From Candidatus Cloacimonadales bacterium (GTDB lineage Bacteria > Cloacimonadota > Cloacimonadia > Cloacimonadales > DAONDQ01), in contig OY759316.1 in assembly GCA_963662275.1 (NCBI GenBank), positions 64,001-128,000 of the forward strand: 64,000 nucleotides of DNA. Reading direction: 5' to 3'. Of the stretch, positions 1 to 10,222 are shown one piece after another (position 1 is the first letter of the stretch; every line of letters starts with the position of its first letter). The notes under the pieces were generated by a model. The model worked only from the letters and a program-made list of their open reading frames with translations. It was not told the DNA's origin and searched no databases. The translations under genes and the position numbers were made by a program.

Positions 1-410
1 CCTCAGTTGGTGTAACTGTCGGTATTAGTATGGCAAAACTAGGCTATGCCTGGGTCGATCCATTTGCAGGTGCACTTGTGGCTATCTTCATTTTAAAGAC
101 AGGTATAGGAATTATCAGTGATTCATCTCGTGATCTGATGGATGCTTTGCCTGATGATGAATTTCGAAACATTATTATTACTACAGCCAGACAAGTGGAA
201 GGTGTAAAAGAGGTTGATGATATAGGTATTCATCGTTATGGTCCTAAGTTCACCTTGAATCTGAATATCCAGGTGAGTGGAATTATCTCCGTTGAACAAG
301 GTGATGTGATAGCAGACCAAGTTGAGAAAAAGCTCATTTTACAGTTTGGAGGGTCACTCTCCAGGGTGCACATTCATTATCATCCGTATACTGCAAAAGG
401 TGACAAGTAA
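1..410 (+). CDS. Cation diffusion facilitator (CDF/FieF-like) transporter, 3' part; frame is open to the left window edge
   Basis: Last TM helix 'WVDPFAGALVAIFILKTG', 'RDLMD', and ZT-dimer domain ending 'VHIHYHP'; no stop in frame upstream of 30. Confidence 0.85.
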   Translation, partial: SVGVTVGISMAKLGYAWVDPFAGALVAIFILKTGIGIISDSSRDLMDALPDDEFRNIIITTARQVEGVKEVDDIGIHRYGPKFTLNLNIQVSGIISVEQGDVIADQVEKKLILQFGGSLSRVHIHYHPYTAKGDK

Positions 411-431
411 CTGGTAACAGCTAACAGGGTT

Positions 432-646
432 CAGAGCAGAGAAGATCTCTCTCTCGTTTGTAAGGAGAGGGATTAAGGGGGGATGGATCACGAAGTGATG
501 GGGGGTTGCTCCATTTCTCCCTTTTGTAAAGGGAGATGTCATGCAGTGACAGAGAGTTAGTTCTGCTCTGCGACTGCATTCCTCCCTCAGATGAAGGGAG
601 GTGGCAAGGTTGCTGAGAGTAGTCGAAGTATTAGTGTCGGAGAGTT
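432..646. repeat. Cluster of REP-like palindromes (ctccct..agggag type) with CAGAGCAGAGAAGA motif
   Basis: Hairpins ctcccttttgtaaagggag and ctccctcagatgaagggag; related copies at ~4743-4890, 8966-9003, 9538-9575, 25250-25280, 53600-53630, 53740-53783, 62943-63324. Confidence 0.65.
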
Positions 647-765
647 ATTTTAAAAAATATTCGCTTCTTATAATTCACAGTTTGTTCGTACTACCTTCAC
701 TTGTTGCAAAAAAAAGCTGCTCATTAGAACAGCTTTCTCTACGAGGTATTGTCTTTATGTTTTAA

Positions 766-1053
766 CTAACATGACCAGGGATATGTATCACCCTTTCTCA
801 CATTATTATTCCAGTTTAATGGTTGCAGATTACTCATATCATCTGTACCACCTTTCGCAAGGGGTTTGATATGATCAATTTCCCAACCATACTTATTATT
901 TCTATCTCCGTATTTGTCTTTTTGCATCCAGCTTCCACATTTATCTTTTCTATAGATGTTAGCATTTTGACTAGGATCAATTATTCCTTTAACCCAAACG
1001 GAATCAATCTCCGATTGAGTAAAAGAAGTGTTATTCGCTTTTTTATTTGGCAT
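766..1053 (-). CDS. Small HNH endonuclease
   Basis: 'WEIDHIKPLAKGGTDDMSNLQPLNWNNNVRKGD' HNH motif; GGAGG RBS upstream. Confidence 0.85.
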   Translation of the reverse strand: MPNKKANNTSFTQSEIDSVWVKGIIDPSQNANIYRKDKCGSWMQKDKYGDRNNKYGWEIDHIKPLAKGGTDDMSNLQPLNWNNNVRKGDTYPWSC

Positions 1054-1118
1054 TATGACCTCCTTTTTTTACCCCGTAGAACTATATTCAAATTAATTAA
1101 GTGCCTCTGTTATTTTCC

Positions 1119-3650
1119 TTACTTTATTTCAAGTACTTTCGTACTCTCTTCACCAAATTGCGAAACAACCCTTACTGCTATCTTCTGTTGCTTGCCTGGT
1201 GTGAGAATAATTTGATGTGATATATGCCCATATACTCTATCGAATGCATCATCATCAATATCTATTTTAAGAGTCTGATTCACTTTCTTACGTGCACTAT
1301 CTTTTGCAAGGTTAGTCAGACCACGTTTCCATTTATCAAATTCAACTTTATCTCCACCACAGAAGAAGATCTGACGTACCATGAAGTTAGAACCATCATA
1401 ATCATCATCGATCATCCAGTAGGCAATATCATGCACATCACGGGGTTTCACAGTATCTGTGATCGGATCATAGATATCCAGCCCAACGATTTCAACCGTG
1501 AATTCCTTTTCTGTTTTGTGAATGGCGATTTCAGGTTCACCGATTGTAACAAAGGAAGCTGCTTTGGGATCACGTTTCAATAAGCCATCCTGCATAAGGT
1601 CATCATGCATTCTCACTTTGGTGACCATGAAGGAACCCATTTGCATATTCACTTCCTTGTTTTCTAAATCTGTATCAAAAGAAAAGCCTAATATTACCAG
1701 CCAATCTGCATCTCCTCTAGCACGACATTCCTTGATCGCTTCATTGACACCCTGCTTACTAACAGTACCGAACTTCGGACCAATATGCAGATAAGCTTTT
1801 CTTTCCCCGGCACCACTCATATAATACCCTTCTGCATGAAGCCAGGTGCTGTTCAGTCTATCTATCCTGATGAACTTTGCCTGTTCATTCTTTATGCCGT
1901 TTTTAATACCTGCTTCTTTCAAGTGGGCAAATACTCTTTCTTCGAATACTTCATCACTCATCGATTTGGCAGAAAACTCCTCTGGAGCTATTACATCCAA
2001 GCTTTGTAACGTTTCCACAGTGAAGGGACCGCTTACCCTAAATTTCTTTTTATCTTCTGCTGGTTGGTCATACAGGATTTCTTCTTCTGGTTCTTCATTG
2101 TTCGCCAACGACTTCAACGTAATATGCGGCACTGTTTTATATTGAAATCCCTGCCGAATATCTTGTCCATTTTCATCATACAGCTTGTAGTAGGGAAATG
2201 AAGCAGTTGTTAGGCGAGTTTTCGCAATATTCAAGGCAATACGGCTTGTATCAATGGTAATCCAACGTCGTCCCCATTGTTCTGCCACAAATGCTGTGGT
2301 ACCACTGCCACAGGTTGGATCTAAAACAAGATCACCAGGATCAGTGGTCATTAATATACAACGCTTAATAATCTCTTTGGATGTCTGAACAACATATATC
2401 TTTTCACGGCTACCGATAACTGTATCAGTCCAGATATTCTTTAAGGGATTGACTTTGAAATCGTCTCTGAATCTTAAATACCTAATTGATTTATCTGTTA
2501 CAATAAGACGGTCAAGTTCAAATAATCTCTGGATTCCTTTAAGAGTCGTTTTCCAATGTTGCTCTCCTCCAGGATAATACTTTTTATTATTTAACACCAC
2601 ACAATCATCCGAGTTGCTTTTACCTTGAGACATCAGAGATTGAGATGTAGCTATTTTAGCATCTATTGGAATTTTCGTTACATCAGCCTTTTCTTCAACT
2701 GTGAAAGAACGAGTTTTTCCTTTTTGATAAATTAAGTTGTAATGTCCTAAATCCTCTTCTTTCATTTCATACAATTGATGATATTTGATATTCGTTGAAT
2801 TACGAGCATACCATAAAATATAATCACCTGCTCTGGAAAGTGTCAGAGAAGGAATGCCTGAGGTTGATGTAAAACTTATGAGACTAATAAAGTTCTCGCT
2901 TCCAAACACTTCATCCATCAGGCAACGAACAAGATGCACATTTTCATCGCTGATCTGGACAAAGCAGGAACCTGACTCTGTGAGTAATGATCTGGCAATT
3001 AATAAACGATCTCTTAGGTAACTTAAATAGCTATGAATCCCTAACTCCCACGTATCACGATAGGCTTTGATCTGTTCCGGTTGACCGGTCAGGTCTTCAT
3101 CATTACCATCCCTGACATTCCGGTTATTCAGTTTCATCTGCCAATTACTGCCATACTTGATACCATAAGGCGGATCAATATAGATCATCTGCACTTTTCC
3201 AGCCATGCCTTCTCTTTCCAGGAGACTATTCATGACTAACAGTGAATCACCCAGGATCATCCGATTTGACCAATTATCCATATGCCTATAGAATTTGGCA
3301 GGTAAATCTATTTCATCTGTCTGCAGACTCTTGCCAAACATTTCAAACAAATCAGTCTGTTCCGGATTCTCATACCGATAGAGCTTTTCTATCAGCAATT
3401 GAGGAGCGATATGTTCGGAACGATACAGAGAACGAATATCCACATTCAAGTATTGCTGGAGATTACTTTCGCCATACTTATGCAGCCAGAACAACTCCGG
3501 ATCCTGACCTCTTGTTACAACAGGATTTAGTGGTATGGCACTGCTATTTGCATCCTGGACATCGGAATCCTGCAATTCATAACCAGCTTCTTCCTTGGAT
3601 GGTATCAATGGACGTTTGGCATGATTGTGCTTGATGGTATCAATAGACAT
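1119..3650 (-). CDS. mod: Type III-like R-M DNA methyltransferase (Mod, amino-MTase beta class)
   Basis: Catalytic 'IYIDPPYG' precedes SAM-binding '[11 protein letters not shown]'; '[10 protein letters not shown]'; linked to Res helicase-nuclease. Confidence 0.9.
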   Translation of the reverse strand: MSIDTIKHNHAKRPLIPSKEEAGYELQDSDVQDANSSAIPLNPVVTRGQDPELFWLHKYGESNLQQYLNVDIRSLYRSEHIAPQLLIEKLYRYENPEQTDLFEMFGKSLQTDEIDLPAKFYRHMDNWSNRMILGDSLLVMNSLLEREGMAGKVQMIYIDPPYGIKYGSNWQMKLNNRNVRDGNDEDLTGQPEQIKAYRDTWELGIHSYLSYLRDRLLIARSLLTESGSCFVQISDENVHLVRCLMDEVFGSENFISLISFTSTSGIPSLTLSRAGDYILWYARNSTNIKYHQLYEMKEEDLGHYNLIYQKGKTRSFTVEEKADVTKIPIDAKIATSQSLMSQGKSNSDDCVVLNNKKYYPGGEQHWKTTLKGIQRLFELDRLIVTDKSIRYLRFRDDFKVNPLKNIWTDTVIGSREKIYVVQTSKEIIKRCILMTTDPGDLVLDPTCGSGTTAFVAEQWGRRWITIDTSRIALNIAKTRLTTASFPYYKLYDENGQDIRQGFQYKTVPHITLKSLANNEEPEEEILYDQPAEDKKKFRVSGPFTVETLQSLDVIAPEEFSAKSMSDEVFEERVFAHLKEAGIKNGIKNEQAKFIRIDRLNSTWLHAEGYYMSGAGERKAYLHIGPKFGTVSKQGVNEAIKECRARGDADWLVILGFSFDTDLENKEVNMQMGSFMVTKVRMHDDLMQDGLLKRDPKAASFVTIGEPEIAIHKTEKEFTVEIVGLDIYDPITDTVKPRDVHDIAYWMIDDDYDGSNFMVRQIFFCGGDKVEFDKWKRGLTNLAKDSARKKVNQTLKIDIDDDAFDRVYGHISHQIILTPGKQQKIAVRVVSQFGEESTKVLEIK

Positions 3651-3665
3651 ATATACCTCTATTTC

Positions 3666-4190
3666 TTAATGGCTTATGGATAAAGGAGATAATCTTGTTT
3701 TAAGTGGCTCATGTTGTTTCTTATCTTCTAAATACTGATCATCAATTATCTTAGAAATTACTTGTTCAAATGATAAATCCTTTTCCGATGCTTCTTTAGC
3801 TACAAATTCCTGCTGTCCTTCAGTTAATGTAATTACAACTTGATTCTCCTGCAGGAAATCAAATTTCATATTTAAAGCATTTGTCAATTTGAGCATGAAC
3901 TCAAGTGTTGGTTTTCTTCCGAAATGTTCAAAACGGGAGATGACAGATTGAGTAGTTCCCATGGTTTTGGCTAAGTCTTCCTGTGATATATTCAGTTCTC
4001 TTCTTCTCATTACCATTTTGATCACAAAATCACGTTGGAAGAAATATGCTTTCATGTCATCAGTATCATCAGGAGAAGCATGTACAGTCTCCCATTCAGG
4101 AAGTTCCACTCCTTCTCTCTCAAGTTGTAATGCATGATCTCTTAATTTGATCAATTCAGCCAATTTCTTTTCAGAGATTTGGTATTTCAT
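3666..4190 (-). CDS. XRE-HTH antitoxin (HigA-like) with a possible C-terminal ribbon-helix-helix
   Basis: 'RRRELNISQEDLAKTMGTTQSVISRFEHFGRKPTL' HTH_3 pattern; 4-bp overlap with upstream toxin gene. Confidence 0.8.
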   Translation of the reverse strand: MKYQISEKKLAELIKLRDHALQLEREGVELPEWETVHASPDDTDDMKAYFFQRDFVIKMVMRRRELNISQEDLAKTMGTTQSVISRFEHFGRKPTLEFMLKLTNALNMKFDFLQENQVVITLTEGQQEFVAKEASEKDLSFEQVISKIIDDQYLEDKKQHEPLKTRLSPLSISH

Positions 4191-4561
4191 GACATCCCTC
4201 TTTGTCTCTTTTTTGCGTTTTCCAATTTTTTTGATTTTGTTTCATTTTTATATTCAACTTCGATAATGATGATGTGAGAGCTATCCTCTGCAAATGAGAA
4301 ATAAATCCTGATAACTCCTCTTTTTGACTGCGGTGGAATTCGTATTTCATATAAATTAACTGTGATCGTTCTAAACATCTTCGTATTTGTGTGTATCTTC
4401 TCAACAAGATCTTTCATATCATGCGCTTTAATATCTTCCAAGCATTGATCAGCCATTTCCCAAAGATCACGATGTTTGTTTTTAATTTTAACATTCAACT
4501 CTTTATAAGCAGTTGTATTTTTTTCTAATTTATCAACTGGATCGTACTTAATTACAACCAT
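4187..4561 (-). CDS. RelE/HigB (Gp49-like) toxin
   Basis: 'LYEIRIP...GVIRIYFSF...IIIIEVEYK' RelE-fold pattern; basic 124 aa protein upstream of an XRE gene (toxin-first order). Confidence 0.7.
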   Translation of the reverse strand: MVVIKYDPVDKLEKNTTAYKELNVKIKNKHRDLWEMADQCLEDIKAHDMKDLVEKIHTNTKMFRTITVNLYEIRIPPQSKRGVIRIYFSFAEDSSHIIIIEVEYKNETKSKKLENAKKRQRGMS

Positions 4562-4576
4562 AATTAATCTACTCCT

Positions 4577-4604
4577 AATATATAGCCACTTGGCTATATG
4601 TCAA
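4577..4604 (-). promoter_or_regulatory. Sigma70-like promoter with palindromic operator for the TA(-mod) unit
   Basis: Minus strand TTGACA-16 nt-TATATT then AGGAG; perfect 9-bp inverted repeat ATATAGCCA-ct-TGGCTATAT (4580-4599) spans the spacer. Confidence 0.7.
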
Positions 4605-4742
4605 CAAAAATATTTATTCCTATAGCTTTTTCAATACCACACTTTAACTACCAATGAATGGGGTGGAGAATTCCGATTCTCCACATGCCAAATCGGAGCT
4701 TGGCATCTCAACTTTCATGTAACGTCCACAGTAGCAGAATCA

Positions 4743-4892
4743 AACTCTCCCTTAATCCCTCCCTTTATCCAAAGGGAGGGAAATCAGACAGGATGCGTGT
4801 TACCAATTCCTCTATTTGGATAAAGAGAGGTTCAAATACCACTCATTCCTCTCTTTGGATAAAGAGAGGTGGCACTTTAGTGTCGGAGAGTT
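4743..4892. repeat. REP-like palindrome cluster between res and the toxin gene
   Basis: ccctccctttatccaaagggaggg and two ctct(a/c)tttggataaagagagg copies; near-identical inverted copy at 53741-53783. Confidence 0.65.
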
Positions 4893-4938
4893 TGAAAAGC
4901 TGATTGTGAACTTAGTATTGCTTCTAAACCCGACACTC

Positions 4939-7920
4939 TCAGCTTTCTATAAACTCCAGAAACTTATTCTTAAAAAATCTTATATCTTCTGCAATTTCAA
5001 GAAAAGCCCATTCATGATTAATCTCAGGATAGTCAGACCTAATAGAATTGACAGAAGGCAACCAACGGTTTTGCACATACAAGGTTTTGATATCCTTATC
5101 TTCTTTATTCCTTCCTGTGATTTCAAGCACCAAATTGATAATGGTTCCATCAGGCTTTCTAACTTTGGCTATAAAGTCAGGATAATAGGGTTTATCTTCT
5201 TTATCATCTTTTACGTAAGGGATGGTAAATCCCAGGAAGCTGTTTTTAACATAGGAGATCACTTCCGGCATTTCTTCCATTGATTTTGCTGCGATCTGTT
5301 CCCAGGTTTGAGTATCTGCCACCACATAATTCACATGGCTTTTTTTCGTGGGATACACTTCCCTTGCTGTTGTCCCAACTACATGCTTCGTTGAACCAAG
5401 AGGATTATAGTGATTTAATATAGGTATAATTCTTAACTGGTCTCTCTGCGTTGCTTCAATACCCTGTATGATATGATTACATATCGTATGAGAATCATAA
5501 TAGAAAAGCATATTCAAAAAGGCACCACCAACACAAACGGTTTTTGTTTCCAGCCATTCTTCAACAATGCTTTTGAGAATAGGGAAATATTGAAAATTTC
5601 GATTCATCTTATAATCCGGATATTTCTGAGAAATCAGACTCTTGGTGATATAATAAACAAGCTCCTGTTTTCGTTTTTGTTCAATCTGCTTAGGAGTTAG
5701 TAATCTTATTTCATCTGAAAAAGGAGTTCCCAAGGTAGTTTCAACAGGATACTTCGTTCCATCAATTTCAAACATGCCCACATTCGAAAAATCAGCTTCG
5801 ATAAGATCGCTTTCATTTTCAATACGATAGCTTAGGACATTCGGGAAATAGATCATATGCTTTTCTTCACGCTCTGGGAGTGCTTTGATTTGGGTAACAA
5901 TAGAATCATCTGGTGTAGAAACTGTCTTTCCACCTTTGAAGAATTGGAAAGGCACACCGATCACATGCGCATATTCAGGCAGGAACTTACCTTTGTTCTT
6001 TCCCTTTTCAGAAACGACATAATTAGTACGACGTAACGCTCTGCCAACAACTTGTTCACATAAAAGCTGGGAACCAAAAGCCCGAATTCCCATGATATGC
6101 GTGACTGTGTTTGCATCCCAACCTTCTGTTAACATCGAAACAGATACTACACAACGAATATGAGAGCCTAAGCTCAACGGTTTACCTACCGTGTTGACCA
6201 CTTCACGCAGGATATCTCCATCCGTCAGATTTTCTACCGAACGATCGGGATGGAAAGTCCGATAATCAGCTTTGAAACGATCTATCTCCGGTTCAAATAT
6301 TCTTTTAAATTCATCAGTGATTTGATTTGATTCTTCTAACGATTCAGAATCAATCAATAACGTAGGTGGCTTTGACAAAGTTCGTTTTAATTGTTCGTCA
6401 TAATTGCTGAATAAGTCAAACTTACCTGGAATGACTGTTCCGTCATCACGTTCATAACCTGCAAGATAACGAAACACTTCAGACGAAAGGCTAGTATTAT
6501 TACATACCACAATAAAGACAGGTGGATTATCGGTGAACATATCCGTTCCCTTAAATCTATTATATTCCTTTTGATAATGAGAATAGAACTGATCGAGAGC
6601 GTTTTTCAATAATGTAGGAAGTTGCGGATCTACCTTTACATTCTGCTTCTGCTTGCCTTTCTTTGGTAGTTCATCTTTGATGTGTTCATATAAATTCTTC
6701 AGTACAGGTTCAGATATGTTTTGGGTAGTGTCGCTTTCAGGCATAAAAGGAATCTTCACCAAACCTGACTCCATGGCTTCGACCAATCCAAAATCACTAA
6801 CTACCCAGGGAAACAAGCTATAAGCTTCATATCCTGAACCACTGATGTAATAAGGAGTAGCACTGAGATCATAAACAGCACGAAGATTATATTTTTCTGA
6901 TAACCTGACTATGCCATTGAACCAAACAGCAGCATGTGCATTTTCATCATCTTCATTTTTCTTATTTGATTTGGGATAATAACAGTGATGTCCTTCATCG
7001 TTCAGTACAAGCAGTCTTCTGCCTTTTTTAAACTTGCCGAATTCCCTTTTAATGAGAAGATCAAAATCTTCAATACCTTCAGATTTCTTCCCATCTGCAT
7101 CTTTCTTGCCATCAAAACAACTTACTTTGTTGCCTTTTAATGAGCGACATTCAAGAGAATGGCGATTAGTTACGATAATATGATTATTCAATTCATATAG
7201 AATATCCCGATAATTATGAGGAACGAGATCTAAAACGCGATAATAATCTTTGGCGTTTCCCTTCGTTGTATCAACATACAAGACGCCCAATCGATCTTTA
7301 ATAGTAATACCGGGTGTCAGTACCAGGAAGTAATCAACAAACCTGGTATCATTTGTATATTCTTTTCGATTGAAGAAATGATACAATATCTGCATTGCCA
7401 TCACAACAGTCTTACCACCACCAGTCGCTATCTTGAAGGCGAACCTTGGTAAATTCATTTTAGGTTCGAGTTCACTAATATAATTCCCATGTCTAATCTG
7501 ATCAAGAATGAAGGAACCAATACTTGATTTTTCAGCAATTTCATTCAGCCAGATCGTTGTTTCAATCGCTTCTCGCTGGGCAAAAAATAGCTTCCTATGC
7601 CGCATTAGATTTGAAAACCAATAAGTAAGCAGTTCTTTCGTAATGCGTGTACTACCGGGATAATTATCTTTTCGCCATTGTCCCACTTCTCTACGCAAAA
7701 TATTGATGATATGCTCTTGTTTGGATTCAGTAAGTTCATTGAAGAGTTCTAACTGCTGCTTTCTACCTGATTTGACGGGATTAGGTTGCGTAGATGCTGA
7801 GAATGGTCTTCTGCCATTTATGATTTGCGTATAATCTAAAACGCCATCTGATTCAGTATAATAGTGTTTTGTCGGTTCATCATAAGGATTATTCAATATT
7901 GGATTAAATTCATCAGACAT
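4939..7920 (-). CDS. res: Type III-like restriction helicase-endonuclease (Res)
   Basis: Walker A 'ATGGGKT', 'LNDEGHH', 'LSATP', 'MLTEGWD', 'EQVVGRALRR'; C-terminal 'YYPDF...LVLEITG' PD-(D/E)xK-like. Confidence 0.9.
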   Translation of the reverse strand: MSDEFNPILNNPYDEPTKHYYTESDGVLDYTQIINGRRPFSASTQPNPVKSGRKQQLELFNELTESKQEHIINILRREVGQWRKDNYPGSTRITKELLTYWFSNLMRHRKLFFAQREAIETTIWLNEIAEKSSIGSFILDQIRHGNYISELEPKMNLPRFAFKIATGGGKTVVMAMQILYHFFNRKEYTNDTRFVDYFLVLTPGITIKDRLGVLYVDTTKGNAKDYYRVLDLVPHNYRDILYELNNHIIVTNRHSLECRSLKGNKVSCFDGKKDADGKKSEGIEDFDLLIKREFGKFKKGRRLLVLNDEGHHCYYPKSNKKNEDDENAHAAVWFNGIVRLSEKYNLRAVYDLSATPYYISGSGYEAYSLFPWVVSDFGLVEAMESGLVKIPFMPESDTTQNISEPVLKNLYEHIKDELPKKGKQKQNVKVDPQLPTLLKNALDQFYSHYQKEYNRFKGTDMFTDNPPVFIVVCNNTSLSSEVFRYLAGYERDDGTVIPGKFDLFSNYDEQLKRTLSKPPTLLIDSESLEESNQITDEFKRIFEPEIDRFKADYRTFHPDRSVENLTDGDILREVVNTVGKPLSLGSHIRCVVSVSMLTEGWDANTVTHIMGIRAFGSQLLCEQVVGRALRRTNYVVSEKGKNKGKFLPEYAHVIGVPFQFFKGGKTVSTPDDSIVTQIKALPEREEKHMIYFPNVLSYRIENESDLIEADFSNVGMFEIDGTKYPVETTLGTPFSDEIRLLTPKQIEQKRKQELVYYITKSLISQKYPDYKMNRNFQYFPILKSIVEEWLETKTVCVGGAFLNMLFYYDSHTICNHIIQGIEATQRDQLRIIPILNHYNPLGSTKHVVGTTAREVYPTKKSHVNYVVADTQTWEQIAAKSMEEMPEVISYVKNSFLGFTIPYVKDDKEDKPYYPDFIAKVRKPDGTIINLVLEITGRNKEDKDIKTLYVQNRWLPSVNSIRSDYPEINHEWAFLEIAEDIRFFKNKFLEFIES

Positions 7921-8381
7921 GAATGTCTCTCCTCAGGCACAATAAAATTATTATCTATGAGTCTTATACGTTAATAAGTATTTTGAAGGCAAGGAATAAT
8001 TTGATTGTACCCTTCTTATGATTTATGATCGAAGTTAGCACATGTGTTTAAAAAGCTTGAACAGGATTTGGAAACTCTGTGGTTACTTGAAAATAGTGTA
8101 AAATAAAAACCCGTTTTTTTATAAAGGGGTTATAATAGATATGTGAACAAAATATCTTGTTCATAAAAATAAAGAATGTAGATATGGGTATCTACATGAA
8201 GGAAGAAAACATGAATATTATTGAACATTTGGTTTGGGGATAGTTGTTCTCCTGGTTGTTAATTAATGGTCTGTAGGAATTTCTGAACATTCGGTTAACA
8301 ATGTTAGACAAAATCATAATTAGTATTCTGTTACACTTTGTTCTATTTGTTTGTATTGAGTAAAAAAAATGTCACTTCAAG

Positions 8382-8409
8382 AAAAGGGTTGGGTTACAAA
8401 CCCAACCCC
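8382..8409 (-). terminator. Intrinsic terminator after the 8431-8889 gene
   Basis: gggttgggtt-aca-aacccaaccc stem followed by TTTT on the minus strand. Confidence 0.6.
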
Positions 8410-8430
8410 ATAACAGCTTTCAAAGTTATA

Positions 8431-8889
8431 TTACATCACATGTGTCAACATCGACGCCTCTTCAATTTCCAGCAACAAACCATTCTGCATAGCTTCCACA
8501 ATTGTCCTTACTAGATACCCATTCTGCAGGATATCTTCTCTCGTAAGAGTAGCCAGATCAATCTCCGGGTGTTGTTTCTTCAACGACCACATCATCCGGG
8601 AAAACAGACCATACGCTCTGATTGCAATTTTATCTTTTGAGGGATGGGTGCTTTGCAGAGCCAGGGCATAATTGGCAAGATCACGTTTGTATTCAGTTGA
8701 TAGAGATTCAAACAGGACATGCAGGTTTTTGGTGATTTTACCGAATTTATGATTATCTTCTGTGATTTCACGGATGGGTAGATTTTTAGTGATGGGTAAT
8801 TCCCCATTATTATACAGGGTATAGACAAGTTTCTCTTTGCGATTGATACCGTGGAAACTTCTGACGGCATTTTTGAATTTAGTTTTCAT
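8431..8889 (-). CDS. Hypothetical protein, probably a lineage-specific family
   Basis: 152-aa ORF with AAGGAG RBS and downstream terminator; no recognised catalytic motif. Confidence 0.75.
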   Translation of the reverse strand: MKTKFKNAVRSFHGINRKEKLVYTLYNNGELPITKNLPIREITEDNHKFGKITKNLHVLFESLSTEYKRDLANYALALQSTHPSKDKIAIRAYGLFSRMMWSLKKQHPEIDLATLTREDILQNGYLVRTIVEAMQNGLLLEIEEASMLTHVM

Positions 8890-8904
8890 GAGATAACTCC
8901 TTCG

Positions 8905-9740
8905 TCGTTATAGGTTTTAGGTGTTAGGTTCTAGGTGCAAGGTGCCAGAGTAGAGAAGAACTAACGCCCCCTTAATCCCCCTCTTTACAAAATTGGGGGG
9001 GAATGCAGAGCAGAGAAGATCAGACAGTAAGATCGGCATCTTACTCCACAATTGGATATACTACCGTAAATCCCTACACTCTTACATTTTACATATTCCA
9101 TCTTCCATTTCTCCCCTTAACCTGTTAGCTATGGAGCGAAAAGAATTCGCTCATCCGCCTTAAAGAATAAGGCGCTACAGTCTGAACCTGTTAGCTGTTC
9201 CCTATACTAGTACCTAATACCTAGAACCTTCTTCATACACATATCTAGCCGGACAAAATGCAAAAATTTGAGACAAATATGGAATTATTTTCCAAATTGT
9301 GAAAATAATGGATGAAGTTAAGAATTGGCTTTGCAGAAGGGAATAGGGAATAGGGAATAGCAAATAGGGAATAGGGAATAGGGAATAGCTCAGAGAAAAG
9401 CTGGCAGAATTGAAGAGTGAAGATTGAAGATTTGGCAGAACAGAGAAGAACTAGCTCTCCCGTCACTTCGTGCCAGTTGCTTTACAAATGGGAGAAATTA
9501 GTAAGATCGGCGTCTTACTCTACACGGAGCAGAAGAAACTCTCCCCTAACCCCTCTCTTTAGTAAAAGCGAGGGAACAGATTGCTCTTCTCTTCTTACTT
9601 CTTATTTCTTGTTTCTTACTTCTTACTTCTTATTTCTTACTTCGATATGAGTTAGTTCTGCTCTTTCTACAAGCTTTTACAATGCCACTCTTCAATCTTC
9701 AATTCTGCAAGCTCTGCTATTCCAATTCTTAATTTTTAAT
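8905..9740. repeat. Intergenic mosaic of heptamer tandem repeats and GTAG-type REP hairpins
   Basis: (GGGAATA)n 9339-9388; (CTTCTTA)n 9591-9643; agtaagatcggc(a/g)tcttact palindromes at ~9027 and ~9500; gcgccttattctttaaggcg hairpin at ~9156-9175. Confidence 0.8.
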
Positions 9741-9742
9741 TT

Positions 9743-10216
9743 TTATTTTTTAATTAAGCGTAGCGTTAAGCTTCTCACTTCGTCCTTCGCACTTCTCACT
9801 TCGTACTTCCCCACGTCCACCCAGCGTTTTGTTCCATTATAATGAAAAGATAACAACCAAGTCCCCAGAGGTAATAATTTCTCTGCAAGAATAGGCCATT
9901 CAATTACAGTGATTCCACTATCAATCATATCTGTGATACCTAAATCCAAGACTTCATATTCTTCTTGCAGACGATATAGGTCAAAATGAAAGACCGGAAT
10001 TCTACCAGTAAAATACTCATTTAAAATGACGAAAGTAGGACTTGTGACAGATTCATTAATGCCAAGTGCTTGGCATAAACACTGAGTGAAGAATGTTTTT
10101 CCAGCTCCCAGTTCGCCGGAGAGCGCTAAAACGTCTCCGGCTTTCAATTGGGGAGCAATCAATTTTGCAAAGTGGACAGTGTCCTTTTTTGAATTAAGCT
10201 GATAGTTATTTTTCAC
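9743..10216 (-). CDS. tsaE: tRNA threonylcarbamoyladenosine biosynthesis ATPase TsaE
   Basis: 'LSGELGAGKT', 'VTSPTF', 'HFDLYRL', 'IEWP'. Confidence 0.95.
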   Translation of the reverse strand: MKNNYQLNSKKDTVHFAKLIAPQLKAGDVLALSGELGAGKTFFTQCLCQALGINESVTSPTFVILNEYFTGRIPVFHFDLYRLQEEYEVLDLGITDMIDSGITVIEWPILAEKLLPLGTWLLSFHYNGTKRWVDVGKYEVRSAKDEVRSLTLRLIKK

Positions 10217-10222
10217 AAATTA

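Noticed and set aside
823..1215. 130-aa plus-strand ORF and the other short antisense or out-of-frame ORFs in the track
   Set aside because: They overlap well-supported genes and have no motifs
9245..9650. ORFs 9245-9466 and 9417-9650
   Set aside because: Translations (PIPYSL, LTSYFL repeats) come from heptamer tandem repeats
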